A stretch of 64,000 nucleotides of DNA from Actinomycetota bacterium (GCA_030681835.1 JAUXRN010000032.1:2487-66486); one strand, 5' to 3'; positions 1-10,705 are shown, counted from the first letter of the stretch. Translations and numbers: made by a program. Notes: a model not told the origin generated them from the letters alone.

Positions 1-210
1 GACCTGGCCATGAAGAAGGGCTGCGGCTACCCGATGGGGCCGTTCGAACTGCTCGACGTCGTCGGCCTGGACGTCTCCCTGGCCATCCAGCAGACCCTGT
101 ACCGGGAATTCCGCGAGCCCGGCTTCGCCCCCGCCCCTCGGCTCGAGCACCTGGTCACGGCCGGCTACCTCGGCCGCAAGAGCGGACGCGGGTTCCGGAC
201 CTACACCTGA
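1..210 (+). CDS. 3-hydroxyacyl-CoA / 3-hydroxybutyryl-CoA dehydrogenase, C-terminal end (partial, starts outside window)
   Basis: Frame 1 is open from the window edge. GYPMGPFELLDVVGLDV...GRKSGRGF is the typical C-terminal domain of this family. Confidence 0.75.
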   Translation, partial: DLAMKKGCGYPMGPFELLDVVGLDVSLAIQQTLYREFREPGFAPAPRLEHLVTAGYLGRKSGRGFRTYT

Positions 211-498
211 TGGGGCTGGCGCCTGCATGAATGATTGCTACGCGGGTTCCGGAGTCGATGGAATGGAAGGCAACTGGTTTCCTCGCTGATGGATGGATGT
301 GCTGCACAGGTAGGTGAGTCTTGACCTGCCCCACGGTTCTGTTACCGGGTGAGGCGACGCGACGCCGCAACCAGGGCGATTGCCCGGGTCGCCGAGCTCC
401 AATTGCCGGCCAATCGAACAGGGATCGCTTACTCGAAGAGCGCTAGCCTCGCTGGAGCGGCATTGAGATCAATCCGAAGATGACGGAAGTCCGAGCAG

Positions 499-1032
499 CT
501 AGCACTCGACGAGACTCACAGCGAGACCACCGAGAGATGTCTCCTTGTACCTGCTATTCATGTCTCGGCCGGTCTCACGCATCGTGCGAATCACTCGATC
601 AAGAGTCACTACGTGGACTCCGTCTCCGTTCAGCGCAAGTCTCGCTGCGGCAATGGCCTTGGTCGCGGCGATCGCATTGCGTTCGATGCACGGAATCTGC
701 ACAAGTCCTCCAATTGGATCGCACGTCATGCCGAGATGATGCTCAAGTCCGATCTCGGCGGCATTCTCGACCTGCGCAGGCGTGCCTCCCATTGCCTCGC
801 AAAGCGCAGCTGCAGCCATCGCGCAGGCTGATCCGACCTCTCCCTGACAGCCAAGTTCCGCGCCGGAGATTGAGGCATTTGCCTTGATCAGAAGCGCAAT
901 GGCCGCGGCAGTCAGCAGGAACCTGACGGTCCCCTCTGTCGTCGCTGTTGGGATGAACTTCGAGTAGTAGTGAAGGACGGCGGGGACGACACCTGCTGCC
1001 CCGTTCGTGGATGCTGTGACTACTCGCCCGCC
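499..1032 (-). pseudogene. sdaA: L-serine ammonia-lyase (serine dehydratase) fragment, 5'-truncated by IS6 element
   Basis: The minus frame reads [21 protein letters not shown]...[23 protein letters not shown]...[21 protein letters not shown] to a stop at 499. Only about the C-terminal 180 aa are present, and the frame runs directly into the IS terminal repeat at ~1033. Confidence 0.8.
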
Positions 1033-1855
1033 GGCACCGTTGCATTGACGGACCGCCGGGGTTCGGTGAGGCTGACGGGATGAAGCGCAACCGCCGTCCG
1101 AGGCCGGCCGTGCAGGCTCCTTCGGCGTTCGCGGGGTTCCGTTTCCCTCCTGATGTGATCCTCCTGGCGGTCCGCTGGTACCTGCGATACCCCTTGTCCT
1201 ACCGGGATCTGGAGGAGCTCCTCGCTGAGCGCGGCATCGAGGTCGATCACGTCACCTTGTACCGGTGGGTCCAGCGGTTCACCCCGGAGGTGATTGAGGC
1301 GGCCCGACCTTCCCGGCATGCGGTGGGGGACCGGTGGTTCGTCGACGAGACCTACGTCAAGGTCGCCGAGGTGTGGAGGTACGTGTACCGGGCGGTCGAC
1401 CAGCACGGCGAGGTCATCGATGTCTTCGTCTCCCACCGCAGGGATATCGCCTCTGCCAGGCGGTTCTTCACCACAGCCCTGGCCGGGCATCGCGCGCCGG
1501 TCGAGGTCATCACGGACCGGGCACCGGCCCTGGCGATCGTGATCGAGGAGCTGATCCCGGCCGCGTTCCACAACACCGGCCAGTACGAGAACAACCGGTG
1601 CGAAGCCGACCATGGAAGGCTCAAGGCCCGACTGCGACCGATGCGAGGCCTGAAGACTGATCGCACAGCGAGCGTCGTGATCCGAGGGCACGCGTTCATC
1701 CAGAACCTGCCCCGAGGCCACTACGAACTGGGAGTCGACGCGTCACCGGTGTTCCGCTTGGCGTCAGCCTTCGACGAGCTCCGGCTCGCGATCTGAAGGA
1801 TCCCTCCTCCGCCAACGATTCCGCACGCCCTACGTACGCCGAACGCAACACCGCC
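1033..1855 (+). mobile_element. IS6-family insertion sequence (~823 bp)
   Basis: The left end GGCACCGTTGCATT resembles the IS26-type IR GGCACTGTTGCAAA. An imperfect inverted copy (AACGCAACACCGCC) ends at 1855, matching 10/14 by hand. It carries a single transposase ORF and has the size typical of IS6. Exact ends are uncertain by a few nt. Confidence 0.75.
1080..1796 (+). CDS. IS6-family DDE transposase (238 aa)
   Basis: [47 protein letters not shown]...[10 protein letters not shown]...DRAPAL...[12 protein letters not shown] is colinear with IS6/IS26/IS6100 transposases. Confidence 0.9.
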   Translation: MKRNRRPRPAVQAPSAFAGFRFPPDVILLAVRWYLRYPLSYRDLEELLAERGIEVDHVTLYRWVQRFTPEVIEAARPSRHAVGDRWFVDETYVKVAEVWRYVYRAVDQHGEVIDVFVSHRRDIASARRFFTTALAGHRAPVEVITDRAPALAIVIEELIPAAFHNTGQYENNRCEADHGRLKARLRPMRGLKTDRTASVVIRGHAFIQNLPRGHYELGVDASPVFRLASAFDELRLAI

Positions 1856-1868
1856 GTCGGCGTGCCCG

Positions 1869-3497
1869 CTAGCGCGCCGAGTCGCGAAGGCCAAGGAGTT
1901 CTGAGCTCCTTTGTCGCATCTCAACTTTTCGAACCTTTCCAGTGACAGTAAGTGGGAAATCTTCCACAACGATGACGTACCGCGGGATCTTGAATCGCGC
2001 AAGCCGTCCGTCCGCGAAAGCGGCAATGCCAACGGCGTCCACTGCTGGAGCACCAGGACGCATCCTGACCCAGGCGCACAACTCCTCTCCGTAGTCGGCG
2101 TCTGGAACGCCAACAACTTGGACATCTTCGATATCCGGATGGGTGAACAGGAACTCTTCGACTTCCCTCGGATAGATGTTCTCTCCCCCTCGAATCACCA
2201 TGTCCTTGATTCTGCCGACGATTGCGCAGTATCCGTCCTCCTGCATGACAGCAAGATCGCCGGAATGCATCCACCCGTCTCTGTCGATCGCCTCAGCTGT
2301 GAGCGACGGTTCTCCCCAGTAGCCGAGCATCACTGAGTAGCCGCGGGTGCAGAACTCTCCGGGTGTCCCACGTTCGACCGTCTCCCCCGTATCGGGATCG
2401 ATCACTTTGATCTCGACGTGTGGATGTGCTCGGCCAACGGATTCCGTCCGATGTGTCAGGTCGTCATGGCGAGAGGTCTGGCACGACACGGGAGACGTCT
2501 CCGTCATGCCGTAGGCTATTGCGACCTCCGACATATGCATCTCAGAAATGCATCGACGCATCACCTCAACTGGACACGGCGAGCCGGCCATGATCCCAGT
2601 TCTAAGAGTCGAGAGATCGCGGTTCGCCACCGCCTGCGCTCGCAGCATCGCCACGAACATCGTCGGCACCCCGTAGACAGCGGTGCAGCGCTCACGTTCG
2701 ATAGCAAGCAGCGCTGCCTCCGGATCGAACGCGACGCTGGGAATGACGATCGTCGCGCCGTGGCTGATACATCCGAGATTCGCCATTACCATGCCGAAGC
2801 AGTGGTAGAACGGGACCGGCACAGCGAGCCGGTCCCGGGATGTTATGCCTATAAGTTCGGTCGTAAAGAATCCATTGTTGAGAATGTTGGCATGGCTGAG
2901 GGTCGCGCCTTTGGGAATGCCCGTCGTTCCGGACGTGTACTGAATGTTGACAGGGTCCGATGGATGCAACTCCCGATCTCGCTCCGCAAGCATTTCGTCA
3001 TCCTGAGGAGTGCACGGCGACAGGAGATGGACCCATTCAACGCTGTCGAAGAAGACCACGTGCTCGAGGCTCGGCACCTCACTTCGACACTCGCTGAGCA
3101 TCCGGTCGTACTCCGAAGTTTTGAACTGCCGGACCGCGAAAACCCATCGAGTCCCCGATTGTTTGAGTGCGAACTCGAGTTCACGAGTCCGGTACGCAGG
3201 GTTTATCGTCACTAGGATCGCGCCAACTCGTGCGGTCGCAACTTGGACGACGACCCACTCCGGGCAGTTTGGTGCCCAGATCCCGATTCGGTCGCCCGCT
3301 TGTATTCCGGCGTGAACTAACCCTTTAGCGACGGCGTCGACATCTGCGGCGAGCTCGCTGTAGGTCCAACGACGCCCACTAGCCACGTCAACCAAGGCGT
3401 CGTTCCCCCCGAAGGCGGTGGCGGCACGACGAAAGGTTGCTCCAATCGTCTCGTCGAGCAACGGCGTCGAACTAGGCCCAGCAGCGTAACTTCTCAT
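1869..3497 (-). CDS. AMP-dependent acyl-CoA synthetase/ligase (FadD-like)
   Basis: 542 aa. It has the AMP-binding motifs [18 protein letters not shown]-like (AYGMTETS) and a GDL...DGY...GRIKD core. An RBS (GGGAGGG) lies upstream. Confidence 0.85.
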   Translation of the reverse strand: MRSYAAGPSSTPLLDETIGATFRRAATAFGGNDALVDVASGRRWTYSELAADVDAVAKGLVHAGIQAGDRIGIWAPNCPEWVVVQVATARVGAILVTINPAYRTRELEFALKQSGTRWVFAVRQFKTSEYDRMLSECRSEVPSLEHVVFFDSVEWVHLLSPCTPQDDEMLAERDRELHPSDPVNIQYTSGTTGIPKGATLSHANILNNGFFTTELIGITSRDRLAVPVPFYHCFGMVMANLGCISHGATIVIPSVAFDPEAALLAIERERCTAVYGVPTMFVAMLRAQAVANRDLSTLRTGIMAGSPCPVEVMRRCISEMHMSEVAIAYGMTETSPVSCQTSRHDDLTHRTESVGRAHPHVEIKVIDPDTGETVERGTPGEFCTRGYSVMLGYWGEPSLTAEAIDRDGWMHSGDLAVMQEDGYCAIVGRIKDMVIRGGENIYPREVEEFLFTHPDIEDVQVVGVPDADYGEELCAWVRMRPGAPAVDAVGIAAFADGRLARFKIPRYVIVVEDFPLTVTGKVRKVEMRQRSSELLGLRDSAR

Positions 3498-3606
3498 TCG
3501 ATTACCCTCCCTTGTCGTCGTTCGAGACTGCCTCCGCCGAGCACAACGACTTGCGACCGAGGAAGAGCGAACTCTCAGATTTCTTCGTCACCTTGATTGC
3601 TAGATC

Positions 3607-4614
3607 TCAGCCTCGACCGATCGCTATCGGCCGCGACTCTCGTACCGACTGCCAGGCGGCGATCCCTATTGCTAGAGCCGATCGTCCGTCAGCACCTGAG
3701 ATCGGCGATTTCCCTCCATCTGCGACGTAGTCGATGAATGCAGTCCATTCGTCTAGGTAGGACTCCCGATAGCGGTCTAGGAAGAAGTGCTGGAGCGTCG
3801 CGCCTACCTCGCCGTCGACGGTAATCAAGCGCGCCGCGTCTCGCGGAACGTTCTCCGACATCGCCACGCCCGCGGACCCGAATACCTCAACACGCTGGTC
3901 GTATCCGTAGACGGCCTGGCGACTGTTGTCGATAGTTGTGAGCGCGCCATTCGCATGCGTCAGGACGATGACGGCGGTGTCGACGTCGCCAGCGTCTGCG
4001 AATGCGGGGTCGATGAGTGCTGCGCCCTTGGCGAAGACCTCGACGACAGGGGATCCGACGACAAATCGAGCCATGTCGAAATCGTGGATCGTCATGTCGA
4101 CGAACATGCCGCCGCTGTTGACGACGTAACTAAGTGGTGGTGGCTCGGGATCGCGACTGGTGATGCGAGCGAGGTGAACATCGCCGACGTCCCCCAGTTG
4201 CACCCTCATCTGGACGGAACGATGGCTCGGGTCGAAGCGGCGATTGAAGCCGACCATGAACGGCACTCCTGAACTCTCGATAGCGCACAGCGCGCGATCG
4301 ACTTCATCGAGGTCGAGGCTGATCGGCTTCTCGCAGAAGATCGCTTTCCCTGCTGCCGCGGCCCGGACGATTAGGTCGACGTGGGTGGAACTCGGGGTGC
4401 AGATCGCGACCGCGTCGATATCGGGAGAGTCGATTAGTTCGTCGACGGACAGCACCCCAACTCGGAGGTCGTCCGCGACTTCCACGGCTAGATGCTCCTG
4501 GGCGTCCGCGACGGCAATGACAGTTGCCCGCAGCGTATGTCGCGTAAGGATCTCTGCGTGCATCCGGCCTATGCGACCGACGCCTGCAATGCCGATGCGC
4601 ACCTGGGACGTCAC
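3607..4614 (-). CDS. iolG: inositol 2-dehydrogenase (Gfo/Idh/MocA family)
   Basis: It has an N-terminal Rossmann motif IGIAGVGRIGRMH, FCEKP and GFNRRFD motifs, and sits in the iol cluster. Confidence 0.75.
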   Translation of the reverse strand: MTSQVRIGIAGVGRIGRMHAEILTRHTLRATVIAVADAQEHLAVEVADDLRVGVLSVDELIDSPDIDAVAICTPSSTHVDLIVRAAAAGKAIFCEKPISLDLDEVDRALCAIESSGVPFMVGFNRRFDPSHRSVQMRVQLGDVGDVHLARITSRDPEPPPLSYVVNSGGMFVDMTIHDFDMARFVVGSPVVEVFAKGAALIDPAFADAGDVDTAVIVLTHANGALTTIDNSRQAVYGYDQRVEVFGSAGVAMSENVPRDAARLITVDGEVGATLQHFFLDRYRESYLDEWTAFIDYVADGGKSPISGADGRSALAIGIAAWQSVRESRPIAIGRG

Positions 4615-5516
4615 GAGGGGCTGCCCGCCAGTCGAGGCTCGATCTCACGGCCGACATACTCAAGACACGTGCGGACGTCGCCGATCGGTCCCTCGCGGTC
4701 GGCGGGCATCTCGCCCATGATCGCCGTGTCCTGCTCCAGAACGTAGAGGCCTTGGTAGCCGGCGTTCTCGAGCGCCACGACGATCTCGCTGATCGAGACG
4801 TCGCCCTGTCCGAAGGGCACGAACATGTCCGCCTGCACCGCCTCGAGCAGAGTCAGTTCACGACTGAGCGCTTTACTCGCGATGTCGAGGTTGACGTCCT
4901 TCAGGTGAGCGAGCCCAATGCGATCAGCGTTGTCTCGGGCGAACTGCAACGGATCCGTGCCGCCAATCGCTAGGTGGCCGGTGTCCAGGCACCACATCAC
5001 GTCGGACAGTTCCAGAGCGAGCCCGACGTCGGCCTTCGTCTCGACGAGCGTGTCCACATGCGGATGTAGGACTTGCACGACTCCGTAGTCGGCGCACACT
5101 TCGTCGATGAGCCGCAGGCCACGAGCGAGCAGGGCCATTCCACCGCGGTCGAGCGGAATGGGCCTCGACCACGAGTAGTCCTGCACCGCAGCTGTGACGA
5201 AACGGTCTCCGCCGCAGTACGCGAACAGCTCCGCGGCTGCCTTAGCATTCTCGACTGCGACGGCCAGCTGGTCCGGATCATGGAGGACCAGCGGTACGAA
5301 GCCGCCGGTCAGTGCCATGCCATGGGACTCCAGGATTTCCTTGACCTGCTCCTTGCTCTTCGGGAAGAAGCCGGGGGCCCCGAGCTCGGTAGCGCGCAGG
5401 CCGACCTCGCGCATCTCGGGCAGCACTCGGCTCGCGGGCATGATCGCGCCCCAGCCGGGAACCTCACAGACCCCCCACGAGATCGGAGCACCAACCAGTC
5501 GACATCGCACATCCAT
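4611..5516 (-). CDS. iolE: sugar phosphate isomerase/epimerase (xylose-isomerase-like TIM barrel), inosose dehydratase-like
   Basis: Start chosen at MDVRCRLVGAPISWGV, preceded by AGGAGAA. The upstream 50 codons of the raw ORF look non-coding. It overlaps the iolG start by 4 nt. The function is inferred from context. Confidence 0.65.
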   Translation of the reverse strand: MDVRCRLVGAPISWGVCEVPGWGAIMPASRVLPEMREVGLRATELGAPGFFPKSKEQVKEILESHGMALTGGFVPLVLHDPDQLAVAVENAKAAAELFAYCGGDRFVTAAVQDYSWSRPIPLDRGGMALLARGLRLIDEVCADYGVVQVLHPHVDTLVETKADVGLALELSDVMWCLDTGHLAIGGTDPLQFARDNADRIGLAHLKDVNLDIASKALSRELTLLEAVQADMFVPFGQGDVSISEIVVALENAGYQGLYVLEQDTAIMGEMPADREGPIGDVRTCLEYVGREIEPRLAGSPS

Positions 5517-5602
5517 AAACTTCTCCTGTACCTCTGTTGGACGCTGGAACGCTCGGCGGGGTGGGTTTTGCCCAGGCACGTCGGGCAACTGGCCTGGCAC
5601 GC

Positions 5603-6442
5603 CTAGCTGACCGTTCGTGTTGCCCTGAGGGCATTGGTCGCGATGGCGTCCACGATCTCGGGCCACAACTCTTTGGGAAGCTCATGCCCCATGCCGTCGA
5701 AGATGATGAGTTCGCTGCCCGGAATGGCATCGTGGATCGCTTCGCTTCCTGCGGGCTCGATCAGTCTGTCGTCGGAGCCATGGATAACCAACGTGGGGCA
5801 GGTTAGGTCCGGGAGTTGTGGCAGGGTGTCAAAGCCTCCCGCGATGGCTTGGCGCTGGCGAGCGATTCCGTCTGGGGCATAGCAGCGGTCCCACATGAGC
5901 CCGCCCTTCTCTCTGACCCATTGGACATCGAACGGATACGCGGTGGAACGGACGTCTGACTCGGATTCGACGAACAGCTCGATGGCCTCTTCCCGCGTCG
6001 TGGCGCGGGGGGCCTTGAGCAACCCGTCAATGCTCCGGCGTCCAGGCAGGATGTACGCGTCGGAGGGCGCCGTGTAGCACATCGTCAGGCTGAGCACTCG
6101 CTCGGGGAAGTTGATCGCGAAGATCTGGCCGATCATTCCGCCCATCGACTGACCCACGACGTGGGCCTGTGAAATACCGAGGCCGTCGAGGAGCTCCTCG
6201 ACGTCACGGGCCATATCAAGCAAGGTGTAGCCGCCGAGGGGGAACTTCTGTGAAAGCCCGGCGTCGCGGTTGTCGAACCGAACTACCCGAAACCCGCAGG
6301 CCGCCAATAGCTCGCAGAACTCGTCCCGCCATCCCACGAGCTGCGCGCCGAGACCCTCGATCAGGAGCATCGGAGTCGCGTCAGGCCTGCCAACGCTGTC
6401 CCATTCGATCGCGTTGCCGTCGCTGGTAGTAAGGGTCGTCAT
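5603..6442 (-). CDS. alpha/beta-fold hydrolase
   Basis: 279 aa with the nucleophile elbow GQSMGG and a C-terminal His region (GMGHELP). Confidence 0.8.
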   Translation of the reverse strand: MTTLTTSDGNAIEWDSVGRPDATPMLLIEGLGAQLVGWRDEFCELLAACGFRVVRFDNRDAGLSQKFPLGGYTLLDMARDVEELLDGLGISQAHVVGQSMGGMIGQIFAINFPERVLSLTMCYTAPSDAYILPGRRSIDGLLKAPRATTREEAIELFVESESDVRSTAYPFDVQWVREKGGLMWDRCYAPDGIARQRQAIAGGFDTLPQLPDLTCPTLVIHGSDDRLIEPAGSEAIHDAIPGSELIIFDGMGHELPKELWPEIVDAIATNALRATRTVS

Positions 6443-6500
6443 CAGAACTCATCTCGTGCGAGGTGCGTGGGCGGGGTCAGTTATCGGTGGGTCCTGGGCG

Positions 6501-7301
6501 CTACTCGGTGTGGCGCCGCATCTCGTCGACCTCGAGTTCCAAGTTCTCGAACTCCTCACCGCCGGCCATGAGGTTGAGCAGATCGTCTTTGGTCCGTTCG
6601 CCTCGACGGAAGTCCGCGGCGACTTCTCCTTGGATGAGAACGATGAAGCGGTCTCCGACCGTCATCGCGTGATGGGCGTTGTGCGTGATGAAGATGACGG
6701 CCAGGCCGTTGTTCTTGGCACGCATCACAAGCTTCAAGGTCTCGGCGGCTTCCTTGACACCAAGCGCCGACGTTGGCTCGTCGAGGATCAGCACCCGAGC
6801 CCCGAAGTACATGGCGCGCGCGATCGCCAGCGCCTGCCTCTCTCCTCCGGACAGAGTGCCGGCCAACTGCTGTCCGTCCTTGACGCGACGGATACCGATC
6901 TTGTGTATCTGCTCCAGCGAGACACGGTTCGCGAATGCATCGTCGTATCGCTGGAACGGTCCCCACCCGAGAGTTGGCTCGGCACCGAGGAAGAAGTTGC
7001 GGGCCACGCTCATCAGGGGGACCGTGCCGCCGTACTGGTGAACCGTGGAGATGCCCAGAGCGCGGGCGTCGTGGGCATCGGCGAACGACACCTCGTCTCC
7101 GTCGACGAGGAGCTTTCCGCCACTTGGGCGATGCACTCCGGACATGATCTTGATCAGCGTCGACTTGCCAGCGCCGTTGTCGCCCAAAAGGCAGATGGTC
7201 TCGCCGGCGAAAGCCGTCATGTTGATGTCGGTGAGCGCGTGAACACCAAGGAAGTTCTTCGAGATATGCCTGAGTTCGAGCACGGGGTCTGTGTTGCTCA
7301 T
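6501..7301 (-). CDS. sugar ABC transporter ATP-binding protein
   Basis: Walker A GDNGAGKST, signature LSGGERQ, Walker B ILDEPT. Start taken at MSNTDP (ATG 7301), just after the permease stop. Confidence 0.85.
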   Translation of the reverse strand: MSNTDPVLELRHISKNFLGVHALTDINMTAFAGETICLLGDNGAGKSTLIKIMSGVHRPSGGKLLVDGDEVSFADAHDARALGISTVHQYGGTVPLMSVARNFFLGAEPTLGWGPFQRYDDAFANRVSLEQIHKIGIRRVKDGQQLAGTLSGGERQALAIARAMYFGARVLILDEPTSALGVKEAAETLKLVMRAKNNGLAVIFITHNAHHAMTVGDRFIVLIQGEVAADFRRGERTKDDLLNLMAGGEEFENLELEVDEMRRHTE

Positions 7302-7305
7302 GGGA

Positions 7306-8427
7306 CTAGGAACCTCCGGACGACAGGGCAAGCTTGCGGAAGTAGTTGTTCATCAGAACCGCGAGGAGGACGAGCGCTCCGAGAAACAGTTGAACCCAGT
7401 CCGTGCTCCATCCGGTGTAGTAGATGCCGCTGGACACGACTCCGTAAGTGATCGCACCAAGGGACACCCCAATCGGGGATCCGTATCCGCCGGTGAGCAG
7501 GACCCCGCCGATGACGGCGGCGGCGATCGCGCTGAACACGAACGATGAGCCGCGAGAAGTGTCCGCCCCGTTGAACTGCAGGGTTTGCAGCACCCCGATC
7601 AGGGCAGCACCCATTGATGAGCAAATGAATAGGGTCCGCTTGACTCGGCGCACTGGGACGCCGTTCATCTTGGCGCTTTCCAAGTCGCCTCCGGTGGCAT
7701 ACACCCAGCTTCCGAAGACCGTCCTAAACAGGACCCAGGTGGCCACGGCACCGATGAGGAGCCACCAGCCGAGCGTTGCACTGAATGGGCCGATCTCGCC
7801 TGCGAAGAGCGCGTGGGCTAGCCCATCCGATTCGATGGAGATGCTGGTCGTTCCCGAGAGCAGGCGCGAGAATCCGAGCGTTAGACCTGTCAGCGCCATG
7901 AGCATGGCGAGCGTCACGATGAACGAGCCGACTCCCGTGCGCAAGGTGATATAGCCGTTGATCGCACCCACTACAGCGCCAAGGCCGATCGCCATCGCGA
8001 TGCTAAGCCAAATCGGCAGGCCGTAGTGGGTCGTCGCGATGGCCGTGGTCATCGAGCTTGCGGCGACCACCGCCCCGATCGACAGGTCGAACTCCCCGGC
8101 GATCAGCAGAGCGGCTACCGGGATGGCAATTACGCCAATCTCCGAGGCGGTATCGACCCAACCGGACGTGCCCAGCGGAGTGAGGAATCCATTGCCGCCA
8201 GCCGTGATCGCGAAGAAGACGAATAGTGCCAGCGCCGCCAAGGCGACGCCCGCTTCGGGGCGACGCGCGAGGGAGCGCAGCCGACCGCTCGATGCTGCGG
8301 GTTGTCCTCGTCCACTGTCGGACGAGGACAACCCCCCTGGGTTTGAGTGCGGCGCCGTGCTCGAACCGTGAACGAGCGACTCCGAATCGTTCGCCTGATG
8401 CGTCGTCATCGCACTCAACTCCCTCAA
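7306..8427 (-). CDS. sugar ABC transporter permease (RbsC/BPD_transp_2-like)
   Basis: A multi-TM hydrophobic protein lying between the SBP and ATPase genes. The N-terminal start is uncertain. Confidence 0.8.
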   Translation of the reverse strand: MRELSAMTTHQANDSESLVHGSSTAPHSNPGGLSSSDSGRGQPAASSGRLRSLARRPEAGVALAALALFVFFAITAGGNGFLTPLGTSGWVDTASEIGVIAIPVAALLIAGEFDLSIGAVVAASSMTTAIATTHYGLPIWLSIAMAIGLGAVVGAINGYITLRTGVGSFIVTLAMLMALTGLTLGFSRLLSGTTSISIESDGLAHALFAGEIGPFSATLGWWLLIGAVATWVLFRTVFGSWVYATGGDLESAKMNGVPVRRVKRTLFICSSMGAALIGVLQTLQFNGADTSRGSSFVFSAIAAAVIGGVLLTGGYGSPIGVSLGAITYGVVSSGIYYTGWSTDWVQLFLGALVLLAVLMNNYFRKLALSSGGS

Positions 8428-8433
8428 CCTTGA

Positions 8434-9513
8434 CTACGCCGCGCCGCGCACGCCGTTGTTGTCATTGTTCAACTGGATCGTCTTGTCGACGTTGTCCAGC
8501 GTGACCATTAGCGGTGCGGTCTTGACCTGACCGATGGGGTGCAGTCCGAGCTTTGCGTTCTGCGCTGCGGCAAGAACCCCGTAGTAGCCCTGCAGGTATG
8601 GCTGCTGGTCGACCGCGAACAGGATGGTTCCGGCCTTGACCGCTTCGAGCACGTTCTTCGACAGGTCGCCAGTGGCGAGCTTGGCCGACGACCCGGAATC
8701 GGAGATCGCGCGCAGTGCATTCTCGGCAATGCCCGAGCCGAGTGTGAAGACGCCATCGATGCTGGGATCCGAGCGCAGTGCACCTGCGATGGCGTTGGTC
8801 ACGGCAGTCGGGTTGCCCGCCTGGTCAGACGGGATGGTCAGCAGCGTCGCTGTCCCGCCAGCCGCCTCAAGCGCCTCTTGGTAGCCCTTGCACCGGTCTT
8901 CAAGCGTCGGGTTCCCAGGTACGTGGTTGACGCACAGTCCGTGCGTGACGCCGGCCTCGGCCATCGACTTGCCGGCACCGCTACCGAACACCGCGGGATC
9001 CTCACCGATGTAGGTGAGCGCACCGAGTTCCTCCCAGTTCGGGCCTGCGTTGATCAGCACCAAGGGGATACCTGCATCCGTGATCGCGTTGAAGCCAGGA
9101 TCCTGCACATCGGGAATGTATTCGCCTGCGACGACACCATCCGGATTGGCAGCCAGAGCCGCGTCCGCGAGACGAGTGAGGTCCGGGCCAAGGTTGGTGA
9201 GGTCTTTCGGAGCGGTGTAGTCGACCTGGATCCCGAGATCCTTGCCGGCCTGCTCGGCGCCGGCCTTCAGCGCACTGAAGAACGGATCGGACAGCGGGCC
9301 ACTGATGACGACAATCTTGATCTCGCTCGAGTCTTGCGGTGCTGCCTCTGACGCCTCCTCCGACACGGACGACGATCCGGCGGCGGCCGGGGAGGAGTCG
9401 CTGCTATCGCTCGAGGATGACGTGCTCGAACACGCGGCCACGAGTGCCAGGGCGGAAACGGCGATTGCCCCAACCACCGCACGGCGACGTGCGGTGTTCA
9501 ATCTTGTACCCAT
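8434..9513 (-). CDS. sugar ABC transporter substrate-binding lipoprotein
   Basis: It has a signal peptide with lipobox LVAACSS, a Ser-rich linker and a periplasmic-binding-protein type I fold pattern. Start taken at MGTRLNT (ATG 9513). Confidence 0.85.
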   Translation of the reverse strand: MGTRLNTARRRAVVGAIAVSALALVAACSSTSSSSDSSDSSPAAAGSSSVSEEASEAAPQDSSEIKIVVISGPLSDPFFSALKAGAEQAGKDLGIQVDYTAPKDLTNLGPDLTRLADAALAANPDGVVAGEYIPDVQDPGFNAITDAGIPLVLINAGPNWEELGALTYIGEDPAVFGSGAGKSMAEAGVTHGLCVNHVPGNPTLEDRCKGYQEALEAAGGTATLLTIPSDQAGNPTAVTNAIAGALRSDPSIDGVFTLGSGIAENALRAISDSGSSAKLATGDLSKNVLEAVKAGTILFAVDQQPYLQGYYGVLAAAQNAKLGLHPIGQVKTAPLMVTLDNVDKTIQLNNDNNGVRGAA

Positions 9514-9532
9514 TGGGTCCCCAATCGATATG

Positions 9533-9554
9533 GTTACTAACACGAATTAGTAAC
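9533..9554. promoter_or_regulatory. perfect 8-6-8 inverted repeat GTTACTAA-CACGAA-TTAGTAAC, candidate LacI-family operator
   Basis: Read directly from the sequence. It lies in the 100-nt divergent region between the SBP operon and the LacI gene. A second palindrome, AACACGA-N9-TCGTGTT, overlaps it. Confidence 0.4.
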
Positions 9555-9613
9555 TCGTGTTGGGTACAGTGCCGGTACTGCTGTCACCTGTCAAGACTCT
9601 GGGCGGAATCGTT

Positions 9614-10630
9614 ATGACTCGAGCGAGGAAGCGCGTGACGAGCGCGGATGTCGCGCGCGTCGCCGGTGTCTCCCGCACAACTGTCAGCTTCGTGCTGAAT
9701 GACACCAAGAACCAGTCAATCGCACCGGCGACGCGACGGGCAGTCTTCGATGCCGCTGAGGAACTTGGGTACACCCCATCGCCCGAAGCTCGAGCGTTGC
9801 GCTCAGGGCGCAGCGGAATTGTGCTGGGAATCCTGCCTGATTGGCCGATCGGTGGTGCCTTCGGCATGTTCCTCAGCAACCTGACTCATGAACTCTCATC
9901 GAAAGGGATGACCTTCCTGACGCACCAGATTCAGGATGCCGATGCCGACCTAGCCTCCGTGTGGGGCGCGCTCACGCCAGACATCGTCCTGGCTATGGGC
10001 GACCTCACCAGTTCCGATGTCTCGGCTCTAAGAGCACGAGGAGTGGGGATTGTCCGCTGGTTGGGCAGCGTCGAGGGATATCCGGACTCCGCCGTGATCT
10101 CACAGCACGAGGTCGGCGTGACTCAAGCCCGAATCCTCCTCGATCAGGGACACAAGCGACTCGCGTACGTGCAGCCGGCTGAGTCGTACTACCAATGGTT
10201 CAGTGACCGTCGCCTCGCCGGAGTCGCTGCGGAGTGCGCGGCTGCGAGAGTGCCGCGGCCTCGGGTTATGGTCGGCGACTTCAAGGCGGACAGCCTTGAG
10301 GAAAGCCTGTCCGCATTGCTGCACGGACCTTCCGCCGTGACGGGAATCTGCGCCTATAACGACGAAGTCGCGCTACTCCTCCTGACGACGATGAGACGAC
10401 TCAACCTCGTGGCGCCCACCGACGTTTCCGTAGTAGGCGTGGACAACTCCGAACTGGGAGCGGCGTGGGAGCCTGCGTTGTCGACCGTCGAGTTCGCCCT
10501 CACGGACGAGGCTGAACACGTCGCCAACCAGATTCGGCGCGTGGCGTCTGGACGCCCGCTCGGCAGGTCCAAGAAGACCGACGCGATCATTGCCATCGTC
10601 CGCGATTCGACTGGCGCACCTCGCAACTAG
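9614..10630 (+). CDS. LacI-family transcriptional regulator
   Basis: It has the HTH VTSADVARVAGVSRTTVSFVLN and a periplasmic-binding-like effector domain. Start taken at MTRARKR. Confidence 0.85.
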   Translation: MTRARKRVTSADVARVAGVSRTTVSFVLNDTKNQSIAPATRRAVFDAAEELGYTPSPEARALRSGRSGIVLGILPDWPIGGAFGMFLSNLTHELSSKGMTFLTHQIQDADADLASVWGALTPDIVLAMGDLTSSDVSALRARGVGIVRWLGSVEGYPDSAVISQHEVGVTQARILLDQGHKRLAYVQPAESYYQWFSDRRLAGVAAECAAARVPRPRVMVGDFKADSLEESLSALLHGPSAVTGICAYNDEVALLLLTTMRRLNLVAPTDVSVVGVDNSELGAAWEPALSTVEFALTDEAEHVANQIRRVASGRPLGRSKKTDAIIAIVRDSTGAPRN

Positions 10631-10705
10631 CGCACGGTGCCACGGAACTGCGAGACCCAGATGTGCTCGATGCTGGCCTTCGCCCGATGCCGCAGGCCGT
10701 CGCGG

